A program made the translations under genes and the position numbers. The notes below the pieces were generated by a model, which had not been told where the DNA came from, searched no databases, and worked only from the letters and a program-made list of their open reading frames with translations. From Archangium sp. (GTDB lineage Bacteria > Myxococcota > Myxococcia > Myxococcales > Myxococcaceae), in contig JANLPS010000135.1 in the NCBI GenBank assembly GCA_031367385.1, forward strand, positions 1 through 11,819: a DNA stretch of 11,819 nucleotides, given 5' to 3'. Of the stretch, positions 1 to 6,801 are shown in pieces; position 1 is the stretch's first letter; each line of letters starts with the position of its first letter.

Positions 1-19
1 AAACCAGCCTGTCCCCTTT
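1..19. repeat. Partial copy (right arm) of REP-like palindromic element, cut by the window edge
   Basis: AAACCAGCCTGTCCCCTTT (1-19) is identical to 2025-2043, the right arm of the 1993-2046 palindrome; it lies 2 nt past the TAA of the minus-strand PilZ gene. Confidence 0.8.
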
Positions 20-21
20 AT

Positions 22-348
22 TTACGGCAACCGCGGGTGCAGAAACTTCGCAATCACGAACATGTCGTCCCAGTCGAGCTCGTCGAACTCGAGCGCGGCA
101 TCGTCTGCGCCACGGCGGCGCATGGTGGCCTTGGTGACGACCTCTCGTTGCCCCGGCACCGGTATCGAGACGGTGACCTGGTTGTCGGCCGAGGCGAAGT
201 CGCCGATCAGCTTGAGCCCCGCCATCGAGAGATCTTCGGCCTTCGCCAACACCGAGCGGCCATTGGTGAAGAGCTTGACCATGAAGTTCGCTTCGACTCT
301 GGGGTGAAACCGGGTGGGCGTCGCGGCCTGCGCAGTAATGGTGATCAT
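22..348 (-). CDS. Stand-alone PilZ-domain protein (putative c-di-GMP receptor), 108 aa
   Basis: RxxxR (RFHPR) and D/NxSxxG (DLSMAG) PilZ motifs, with a C-terminal ALEF strand. Start moved to ATG 348 (MITITAQ), which has GGAG 8 nt upstream. Confidence 0.85.
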   Translation of the reverse strand: MITITAQAATPTRFHPRVEANFMVKLFTNGRSVLAKAEDLSMAGLKLIGDFASADNQVTVSIPVPGQREVVTKATMRRRGADDAALEFDELDWDDMFVIAKFLHPRLP

Positions 349-434
349 CAAAATCGCTCCAGTCAGGGGAAGTGCTACAGCTACAGACGAAGCGCAGTGT
401 TGATCACCGTGTTGCACTCGCAATTTTTCGACCG

Positions 435-1655
435 ATGACCGCTCCTCGAATTGGGTTGGTGTGCTCTGGCGGTGGCGCTCGCGGCGCGTACGAGGCCGGC
501 GTCATTCGATATTTGCGCGAGGAGCTGCCCGCTTCGGTGAAACCGTCGGTGCGCTTCGACGTGCTGGCCGGCACCTCAATCGGCGCGATGACCTGCTGCT
601 TCGTCGGCTCATCAATGCACATGCCGGCTGATCAGGGCCGCCTGCTCTCTGCCTTGTGGGAGGGCCTCTCGCTCGAGAAGGTCTTCAAAGTGCAAGGCGA
701 GTCGGCCTGGAGCGTGGGCCGGAAGATCTGGAAAGCCGCGCGCGCCAACGAGCGGCCCGAAGGGTGGCGGCTCTACGATTTATTTCACCCCGAGCACCTC
801 GAGAACATGGTGCGCAATTCGATCGACTGGCCTGCGATCGCCTCGAATCTGGCGAAGGGCCTGTTCAGCGCTTTGTCGGTCAGTACGACCCGCATTCGCG
901 ATGGGCGCACCGTCATCTTCGTGCAGCGCAAAGAGCCCGGCTTGCCCGAATGGAGCCGCGACCCCTTCACCGAGGTCGCCGAAGCGGTGATGGGCGCCGA
1001 GCACGCGCTGGCCTCGGCTGCGATACCGCTGCTGTTCAAGTCAGCGAAGATCGGTGACGAATACTTCTGCGACGGCTTCGTGCGACAGAACACCCCGCTC
1101 TCACCGGCCCTGCGTCTGGGCGCTGACCGGGTGTTGATCTTGTCGTTACGGCACAAGAACCAGGGGCCTCCGCCGCCACTGTTGACCGAGATGCCGACGA
1201 CGTTGCACGTGATTGGCAAGGTGCTGACCGCGCTGATGGTCGACCGAACGGATCATGACCTCGACCGGCTCAGGCGCTTCAACACCTTGCTCGAGACGGG
1301 CCGAAAGACCTTTGGCCAAGACTTCGTGACGAAGCTCAATGATTCAATCGCCCAGATGCGGGGCCAGCCGTACCGGGTGGTCAAAGATCTCGTCGTGCGC
1401 CCGTCGCGAGATTTGACCGAATTGGCCCGGCCGCACCTCGAGGCGCGGGCGAAGAGCGAGCCCGAGCACATGTTGCCGACGCGGTTGCTGCATCGAATCA
1501 CCGCGAGCCAGTTGATGAGCCAGGCCGAGCTGGGCTCGTACCTGCTGTTCGACAGCGGCTACGCGAAAGACCTGATCGAGCTCGCGATGGAAGACGCGCA
1601 CGCCAAGCGCGATGCGTTGATCGAGTTCTTCGACCCCGCGCCTTCGAGAGACTGA
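435..1655 (+). CDS. Patatin-like phospholipase, 406 aa
   Basis: Gly-rich oxyanion loop SGGGARG, nucleophile elbow GTSIG, ASAAIP motif, and catalytic Asp in DGF followed by NTPL. ATG 435 directly precedes the first beta strand (RIGLVC). Confidence 0.93.
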   Translation: MTAPRIGLVCSGGGARGAYEAGVIRYLREELPASVKPSVRFDVLAGTSIGAMTCCFVGSSMHMPADQGRLLSALWEGLSLEKVFKVQGESAWSVGRKIWKAARANERPEGWRLYDLFHPEHLENMVRNSIDWPAIASNLAKGLFSALSVSTTRIRDGRTVIFVQRKEPGLPEWSRDPFTEVAEAVMGAEHALASAAIPLLFKSAKIGDEYFCDGFVRQNTPLSPALRLGADRVLILSLRHKNQGPPPPLLTEMPTTLHVIGKVLTALMVDRTDHDLDRLRRFNTLLETGRKTFGQDFVTKLNDSIAQMRGQPYRVVKDLVVRPSRDLTELARPHLEARAKSEPEHMLPTRLLHRITASQLMSQAELGSYLLFDSGYAKDLIELAMEDAHAKRDALIEFFDPAPSRD

Positions 1656-1694
1656 GCGCGTGTCGGGTGTTGAGTAAAAACAACGAGATCGCTT

Positions 1695-1710
1695 CGGCAC
1701 GAGTTCTGAA
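1695..1710 (+). promoter_or_regulatory. Possible sigma54-type -24/-12 promoter for the ORF at 1726
   Basis: CGGCACG-AGTT-CTGAA versus consensus TGGCACG-N4-TTGC: spacing is correct but the -12 element is GA instead of GC; it ends 15 nt before the ATG. Confidence 0.3.
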
Positions 1711-1725
1711 GAGCCGGGCGCGACC

Positions 1726-2340
1726 ATGGCCCGTCACCTCACGTCGTCGAGCATCACCGTGGGAGGGCTGCTGGGCGTGGTGGGCCTGGCCCCCGAGACT
1801 TTGGCGCGGCTCACCTGGTGGGTGAGCAAGGTGCAGAGTTTCGACAACGTCGACCCGTCGACGGTGCTGAGCGAGGCGGTTCAGATTTTGTCGTGGTGCG
1901 CGCTGCCCTCGGTGGTCGGGGCAATGGTCGGGGCGCTCGTCAGCACGGCGGTCGCCACCGGCGTCGAGCGAGCGCTGACGGGCCGCGGGTACACAAAAGC
2001 GGACAGGCTGGTTTATTCCCAAATAAACCAGCCTGTCCCCTTTTGTCGTTTACGCGCCGGGGGCGAGCGGAGGCACTTTGCCGTCAGGCCCGGGTCGATT
2101 GACTCGGTCTTTCAGCTCCTTGCCCGCGCGGAACAACAAGCCGCGCTTCGCACGCACCGCGATGGGCGCGCCGGTCTTCGGGTTACGGCCTTGATACGCG
2201 CCGTAGTGCTTGACGTGAAAAGCGCCAAGCCCGCGAATCTCGATGTTTTCGCCACGTACGAGCGCGTCTTTCATCGCGTTGAAGATGTTCTCGACACACG
2301 CCTCCGCCTGCTTCTGCGTGATGCCCTTCTTCGCGATTAA
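1726..2340 (+). CDS. Hypothetical small membrane protein; only ~1726-1992 looks coding, and the frame has no stop until it has read through the palindrome and antisense across the IHF/HU gene (possible pseudogene or non-stop gene)
   Basis: Two hydrophobic segments (ITVGGLLGVVGLA; ILSWCALPSVVGAMVGALVSTAVATGV) and GC-rich third positions over the first ~88 codons; 2050-2340 overlaps the opposite-strand gene. Confidence 0.4.
   Translation: MARHLTSSSITVGGLLGVVGLAPETLARLTWWVSKVQSFDNVDPSTVLSEAVQILSWCALPSVVGAMVGALVSTAVATGVERALTGRGYTKADRLVYSQINQPVPFCRLRAGGERRHFAVRPGSIDSVFQLLARAEQQAALRTHRDGRAGLRVTALIRAVVLDVKSAKPANLDVFATYERVFHRVEDVLDTRLRLLLRDALLRD
1993..2046. terminator. 25-bp-arm palindrome; REP-like element and probable bidirectional intrinsic terminator
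   Basis: ACAAAAGCGGACAGGCTGGTTTATT-CCCA-AATAAACCAGCCTGTCCCCTTTTGT: 24 of 25 positions complementary, 4-nt loop, T-run at the stem base on both strands; it ends 3 nt from the IHF/HU stop codon. Confidence 0.8.
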
Positions 2341-2367
2341 AATGTTCACCAGGTCCGACTTCAGCAT
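2050..2367 (-). CDS. ihfB: HU/IHF family DNA-binding protein, IHF-beta-like, 105 aa
   Basis: N-terminal MLKSDL, IEIRGLGAF (IHF-beta-type IEIRG), GRNPKTG arm, FRAGKELKDRVN; AAGGGGG SD upstream. Family certain; the ihfB subtype is likely. Confidence 0.9.
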   Translation of the reverse strand: MLKSDLVNILIAKKGITQKQAEACVENIFNAMKDALVRGENIEIRGLGAFHVKHYGAYQGRNPKTGAPIAVRAKRGLLFRAGKELKDRVNRPGPDGKVPPLAPGA

Positions 2368-2384
2368 CGAGCCCCCTTCGGGAG

Positions 2385-2401
2385 ATGGACCAACGGTCCA
2401 T
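2385..2401. promoter_or_regulatory. Perfect 7-3-7 inverted repeat in the ihfB/HU leader (operator or 5' hairpin)
   Basis: ATGGACC-AAC-GGTCCAT, 17 nt upstream of the ATG at 2367. Confidence 0.45.
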
Positions 2402-2421
2402 AATCATTGGAGATTTCACAT

Positions 2422-2451
2422 ACAGTAACGCTGAATGATGGAACCTCGCAA
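2422..2451 (-). promoter_or_regulatory. Possible sigma70-type promoter for ihfB/HU
   Basis: Minus strand reads TTGCGA-N18-TACTGT within an AT-rich intergenic gap. Confidence 0.35.
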
Positions 2452-2456
2452 GAAAC

Positions 2457-3737
2457 CTACGGTTTTTGGCTTTCGACATCGTGCGCGGCAAGGTCTTTCC
2501 ACGAAATTCCCTTGAGTTTCTCGACACTTGCCTCGTCGATGCTGGTGAACAAAGAAGCCACCCCTTCGAAGACTCCGGTGCGAGAAACACGCTCTCTTTT
2601 GACCGTGAGGGCTGTTCCACCGACCGCTCCGGAGATGTCGGCGACGCTCATCTGACCCAAATCATGCGCCGCGTGCAGCTCATCGCGTCGTCTCGCGAGC
2701 AAGCCTGCGCTCTCCAATTGAAACGCGAGATCAGCGACACGCTGCGCCGGTATTTTCAGCTGCTGTGCGAGCCCCTTCACCGTCGGAGGCGCGGTGCCCT
2801 CGAGTTGTGAGCGTGCGATCAGCATCGCGATGCGCGTGGCGATGAGCTCAGCGCTGCGTGGGTGCGCCAACAGATCTTTGAACTCATCATGAAAGTCAGC
2901 GTGCTCGAACGCGTACGACAACCGCGCGCCCGAGAGCACGATGAACCAGCTCACGTAGATCCACATCAAGAAGAGTGGAGCGACGCCGAGCGCACCGTAC
3001 AGCGGGCTCGCGCTGTAGAAGGTCGACGCGATGCCGCCGTACAAATGCCGGGCGAGCTCCCAGGTAAAACCGGCGAGGCCACCGCCGAACATCGCCGAGC
3101 GCCAGGGCACGTGCGCATGTGGCGCGAGCTTGTAGAGCGCCGAGAACACCGCCATCGCCACCAGCACGCCGCCGACCGCGAAGACCACTCCCGAGAAAGG
3201 AAAATGGGTCCACGTGATGAAGTGTTTGGCCCAGTCGGTGCCGAGCAGGGCCAAGACCAGCAACAGCGGGCCGATGAAGAGCACGCCGATGTAGAGCCCG
3301 ATGCTGGTCAACAGCTTGCGCGGCCGCCGCACCGCCCAGATCTCATTGAGCGACGCGTCGAGGTGCCGCAGCAAGATGCCCGACGAGATCAACAGCACGA
3401 CGAAGAACCCGCTGCCGGTCGCCGCGTGGGTCGCGCTCAAGAATTGTCGAATGTTCGAGTGCGACTCGGTGCCGACGCCCTCACCGGGCGAGAGCACCTC
3501 AGTGAAGAACTTCACCACCAGCTGCTCGAGCTGCCGCGAATCGAGCGCCTGCACCAGCGCGAGAATGACCGCGGCGAAGGGCACCAGCGACGTGATGGTG
3601 ATGAAGGTCAGGTTGCCGGCGCGCAGGGTCACCGACTCGCCGCGGTACCCGAGCACCAGCGCCAGCGTGAGGCGCCAGGCATTGATCGCCCGCTGCACGA
3701 GCATCGACGGAGACGCGGTCGAAGTCGCTGGTGGCAC
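2457..3737 (-). CDS. yihY: YihY/virulence factor BrkB family inner membrane protein with C-terminal winged-helix domain, 426 aa
   Basis: RAGNLTFITITSLVP, LNEIW, LYKLAP and LYGALGVAPLFLMWIYVSWFIVLSGA YihY signatures, about 6 TM segments; C-terminal LAQQLKIPAQRVADLAFQLESAGLL is HTH-like. GTG start is uncertain. Confidence 0.92.
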   Translation of the reverse strand: MPPATSTASPSMLVQRAINAWRLTLALVLGYRGESVTLRAGNLTFITITSLVPFAAVILALVQALDSRQLEQLVVKFFTEVLSPGEGVGTESHSNIRQFLSATHAATGSGFFVVLLISSGILLRHLDASLNEIWAVRRPRKLLTSIGLYIGVLFIGPLLLVLALLGTDWAKHFITWTHFPFSGVVFAVGGVLVAMAVFSALYKLAPHAHVPWRSAMFGGGLAGFTWELARHLYGGIASTFYSASPLYGALGVAPLFLMWIYVSWFIVLSGARLSYAFEHADFHDEFKDLLAHPRSAELIATRIAMLIARSQLEGTAPPTVKGLAQQLKIPAQRVADLAFQLESAGLLARRRDELHAAHDLGQMSVADISGAVGGTALTVKRERVSRTGVFEGVASLFTSIDEASVEKLKGISWKDLAAHDVESQKP

Positions 3738-3744
3738 GCGTCGA

Positions 3745-4068
3745 TTACCTGCGAACGAGAATGCGCTCGATCAGCTCTTTTGAGATCTGAGTGAGCTCGA
3801 CGAACACCACGCCCATGCCAGTGGCCTTGCCCGGCCCGCGCACGATGCGCACGACCTGCCCGATGCCCTCGATGGTCTCGAGCTCGTCGAGAATCACGGT
3901 GAAGCGCAGGTTCACCTTGGTACCGACGGGCAACGGGTCTTCGGAGCGAACGAAGACGCCGCTGCGCGAGATGTTCATCACGTACTCATCGATGAACGCG
4001 TCGACCGAGACGAAGTCATGGTTGATGGTGCGGCGAACTTCGATTCGCCGCTCGGCACTCTTTTTCAT
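3745..4068 (-). CDS. TIGR02266-like myxobacterial PilZ-domain protein, 107 aa
   Basis: RIEVR (RxxxR), NISRSGVFV (NxSxxG), PLPVGT and GMGVVF motifs. Start set at ATG 4068 (MKKSAERR), with AAGGAG upstream. Confidence 0.9.
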   Translation of the reverse strand: MKKSAERRIEVRRTINHDFVSVDAFIDEYVMNISRSGVFVRSEDPLPVGTKVNLRFTVILDELETIEGIGQVVRIVRGPGKATGMGVVFVELTQISKELIERILVRR

Positions 4069-4091
4069 CGCTTTCGAAGCTCCTTTGTACA

Positions 4092-4126
4092 GCGGTCGCC
4101 CCAGCCAGAAAGCTGGGGGGCGCCGC
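4092..4126 (-). other. GC-rich intercistronic hairpin after the rne stop codon
   Basis: CCCCAGC (4099-4105) pairs with GCTGGGG (4112-4118), extended by outer GCGG/CCGC pairing. No U-tract follows, so a stability or processing element is more likely than a terminator. Confidence 0.4.
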
Positions 4127-4134
4127 ACGCCGCC

Positions 4135-6492
4135 TCACTTCACGTCGGAGCCTGCATCGGCGCTCACCGCGGGAGCCGAGGGAGCCGCGTCGCCACGGTT
4201 GCGATTCTCACCGCCACCGCCGCCGCCACCTCCACCGCCAGGCCCACGGGGACCTCGATCACCACGGTCTCCGCGCTCGCCGCGGTTGTTGCCACGCATC
4301 TTTCGATTGCCGCGGTCACCTCCGCCGGCACCTCCACCGCCTCCGCCTCCTCCTCCACCCCCGCCGCCTCCGCCTCCGCCGCCACCGCGGTCACGATCGC
4401 CGCCGCCACCACCGTCACGGCGTTCGAAGCGGGCCTCATTGCTGCCGGGCTTGCGAGCCCCCGAGCCGCCCATGGTATCGAATTCGCCAGTGGTGCCAGC
4501 GACTTTGACCTCAGCGCCGGCCATTGCCCGCGCGTACACGTCGTACTGCTCGCGGTGGTAATCGGGGCGCGCCTTGATCTGAATCGTCTTGTTGTACCGA
4601 TCCATCAAGTGGCGAAGCTCATCGCGCTCATCGTTCTGCAGCACGTTGGCGACTTCGGTCTGGCACTGAACGACCATCGTCGGGTCTTTGTACGCCGGGC
4701 CCGCGCGCCGCAAATCGCGAAAGATCTCATACGCGACGGTGGTCGCCGTCTTCACGTAGCCCTGGCTGCCGCAGTAGCCGCAGTCTTCGTGCAGCATGCG
4801 GCCGATCGACTCGCGAACGCGCTTGCGGGTCATCTCGATCAACCCGAGCTCTGAGATGCGCAGCACGTTGGTCTTGGCCTTGTCGCGGCCGAGCGTCTCT
4901 TGCAGCGTCTTGAAGACCTTGTCGCGGTTCTGCTGTTTCTCCATGTCGATGAAGTCGCAGATGATGATGCCGCCGATGTTGCGAATGCGGAGCTGGTAGA
5001 CGATCTCCTTCGCGGCCTCCATGTTGATCTTCAGAATGGTGTCTTCGAGGTTCTTCTTGCCGACATACCGGCCGGAGTTCACGTCGATCGCGGTCAAGGC
5101 CTCGGCCTGATCGATGATCAAGTACCCGCCCGACTTGAGCCACACCTTGCGAGCGGTGGCGCGCTTGATCTCTTCTTCGATGCCATAGGCGTCGAAGATC
5201 GGGTCTTCACCGTCGTGAAAAATGACCCGGTCTTTGAGCGCGGCGTCTTGCGCGGCGACGAAGCCCTGCACCCGCTCGAACTCCTCGCGGTCATCGATGA
5301 TCAACTTCTCGACGTCTTGCGCGAACAGGTCGCGGGTGGCGCGAAGAATCAAGTCGAGGTCGGGGTGCAGCAGCCCGGCCTTGTGGTTCTTCTCAGACTT
5401 GCGAACCGTCTCGTTCCACACCTCGATCAAGAACCGAATGTCGGCCTCGAGCTTGTCTTGAGGCACGTTCTCAGCGACCGTTCGAACGATGAAACCGGTG
5501 CCGGGCGGGCGCAGGCGCTCGACGGTGTCGCGCAGACGGCGGCGCTCTTTCTCGTTGCCGATGCGGCGGCTGATGCCGACGTTATCGACGGTGGGCATGA
5601 ACACCAAATGCCGACCAGGAATCGAGATGTGCGCGGTGACGCGAGCGCCCTTGGTGCCGATCGGGTCTTTCGACACCTGCACCAACACCTCTTGCCCGAC
5701 CTTCAGCAGGTCTTCGATCTTCGCCGTCTTGCGCGGAGCCTCGGGCTTGCGGTGATTGCGATCATGCCCCTTCTCTTTGCGCTGCTCGCGATTGCCGCCG
5801 CCGCCACCCTCGCGAACCTTCGCGTCGCGAGGCGCCTGCGTCTTCGGTGCTTCAATCGACGCCGAATCAGCCCCGGCCGCGGCCTGGGTGACCAGTGTGG
5901 GAGCGTCGTCATCGCCTTCGGCAGCGGCCAGCGCGGCGGCGACGATCTGCGCTCCGCTCGGCGCGGGCGCATCACCTTCAGTCGCGCTCACTTCAGAGGG
6001 GCTCGACACGGCAGCCGCGTCGGGTGACGGCGCCGCGTCAGCAAACGCCCCGCTCGCCTCGGTGACCTGCGAATCAGGAGCCGACGGCGGCGCGGCGACC
6101 TGCTCCGGGGCCTCGCCCTCCATCACGCCCATCACGGTGGGCACCGACGGAGTGGGCGACGCGCTCTCGGCGTACGCGCTCTGTTGATCGTGCTCGTCAG
6201 GCACTTCGTCGGCGTCGTCGTGCTCGCCCTCGGTCATGTCGAACTGATGACGTGACATGTCGGGGTCGAAGAGCACGTCTCCGACGTAGAGAAAGCCTGC
6301 TTTGTCTTGACCGATATCGACGAAGGCGGCCTGCATGCCCGGCAACACCCGGGTGACTCGGCCTTTGTAGACGTTACCGACGATGCCCTTGTCTTTTTTG
6401 CGCTCTAAGTAGAACTCGGCGATGTGACCATTCTCGACCAAGGCCACTCGGGTCTCGCGACCTGCGGCGTTGATAACCAGAACACTGCTCAT
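4135..6492 (-). CDS. rne: Rne/Rng family endoribonuclease (RNase E/G), 785 aa
   Basis: ETRVA, GNVYKGRVTRVLPGMQAAFVDIG (S1), VQVSKDPIGTKGARVT, IDVNSG and DFIDM (catalytic Asp residues), GLIEMTRKR, CGYC Zn-link; long disordered insertion and tail. The rne versus rng label is an inference. Confidence 0.96.
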   Translation of the reverse strand: MSSVLVINAAGRETRVALVENGHIAEFYLERKKDKGIVGNVYKGRVTRVLPGMQAAFVDIGQDKAGFLYVGDVLFDPDMSRHQFDMTEGEHDDADEVPDEHDQQSAYAESASPTPSVPTVMGVMEGEAPEQVAAPPSAPDSQVTEASGAFADAAPSPDAAAVSSPSEVSATEGDAPAPSGAQIVAAALAAAEGDDDAPTLVTQAAAGADSASIEAPKTQAPRDAKVREGGGGGNREQRKEKGHDRNHRKPEAPRKTAKIEDLLKVGQEVLVQVSKDPIGTKGARVTAHISIPGRHLVFMPTVDNVGISRRIGNEKERRRLRDTVERLRPPGTGFIVRTVAENVPQDKLEADIRFLIEVWNETVRKSEKNHKAGLLHPDLDLILRATRDLFAQDVEKLIIDDREEFERVQGFVAAQDAALKDRVIFHDGEDPIFDAYGIEEEIKRATARKVWLKSGGYLIIDQAEALTAIDVNSGRYVGKKNLEDTILKINMEAAKEIVYQLRIRNIGGIIICDFIDMEKQQNRDKVFKTLQETLGRDKAKTNVLRISELGLIEMTRKRVRESIGRMLHEDCGYCGSQGYVKTATTVAYEIFRDLRRAGPAYKDPTMVVQCQTEVANVLQNDERDELRHLMDRYNKTIQIKARPDYHREQYDVYARAMAGAEVKVAGTTGEFDTMGGSGARKPGSNEARFERRDGGGGGDRDRGGGGGGGGGGGGGGGGGGGAGGGDRGNRKMRGNNRGERGDRGDRGPRGPGGGGGGGGGGENRNRGDAAPSAPAVSADAGSDVK
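4330..4386 (-). repeat. Poly-glycine tract (19 consecutive GGN codons) in the RNase E/G tail
   Basis: Plus strand is an (NCC)n run with mixed ACC/TCC/GCC/CCC triplets in frame with rne; shorter Gly runs flank it. Confidence 0.9.
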
Positions 6493-6750
6493 GGATGAAC
6501 CCTATTTGCGCATCTGGCCCAGGCATGCCCGTCGGACGGGACACGAGGGAATGGCCGGTCACACGATGCGCCGAAGTCAGGCAGCCGGAGACCCGCTCAC
6601 GATTTTCACGCTGGGGTGTGCCGCGAAGGTCAACCACTTCAAGACCTCCTGCCTGAGTAAAACTGCGCCGCCCTCATTGTGAGGTGCGGGTCGTTGCTCC
6701 CATCACACGTGCGTCGACTCGGGGTGAGTTCGACCTGGGAGCGCCCGTCA
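6493..6750 (-). promoter_or_regulatory. Long structured 5' leader of rne (candidate cis-regulatory RNA)
   Basis: Consecutive stems: 6696-6702/6736-6742, 6713-6717/6730-6734, 6668-6676/6680-6689, 6577-6584/6649-6656, 6627-6631/6643-6647, 6508-6514/6565-6571, 6528-6532/6536-6540. An AT-rich promoter-like stretch lies at 6750-6782. Confidence 0.55.
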
Positions 6751-6801
6751 AAACTTTAGACAATTCAAATGTTTCACGATTTGGGGGCAACGTAAAGCCC
6801 A

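Noticed and set aside
372..434. Upstream starts from the ORF track (372, 423, 4128, 10201)
   Set aside because: Downstream ATGs at 435, 348, 4068 and 10285 fit SD position, domain boundaries or signal peptide better, and for 372/423 they remove a head-to-head overlap.
435..1655. Patatin as a CBASS CapV-type effector
   Set aside because: No CD-NTase or other CBASS gene nearby; the context is housekeeping.
2862..3794. 310-aa plus-strand ORF
   Set aside because: Antisense shadow of yihY, with the Arg/His/Gln-rich composition typical of a non-coding frame.
3791..4561. 256-aa plus-strand ORF with long poly-Pro runs
   Set aside because: It is the antisense mirror of the rne poly-Gly codons and the PilZ gene; no independent coding evidence.
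4018..6187. Long plus-strand ORFs (4018-4854, 4900-6027, 5756-6187)
   Set aside because: Shadow ORFs opposite the well-supported rne gene, as expected in high-GC DNA.
6493..6801. Known riboswitch (c-di-GMP-I, cobalamin, TPP), tRNA or leader-peptide CDS in the rne upstream gap
   Set aside because: I could not match conserved aptamer or cloverleaf motifs on either strand, and the short ORFs there lack convincing coding features; an Rfam scan is needed to be definitive.
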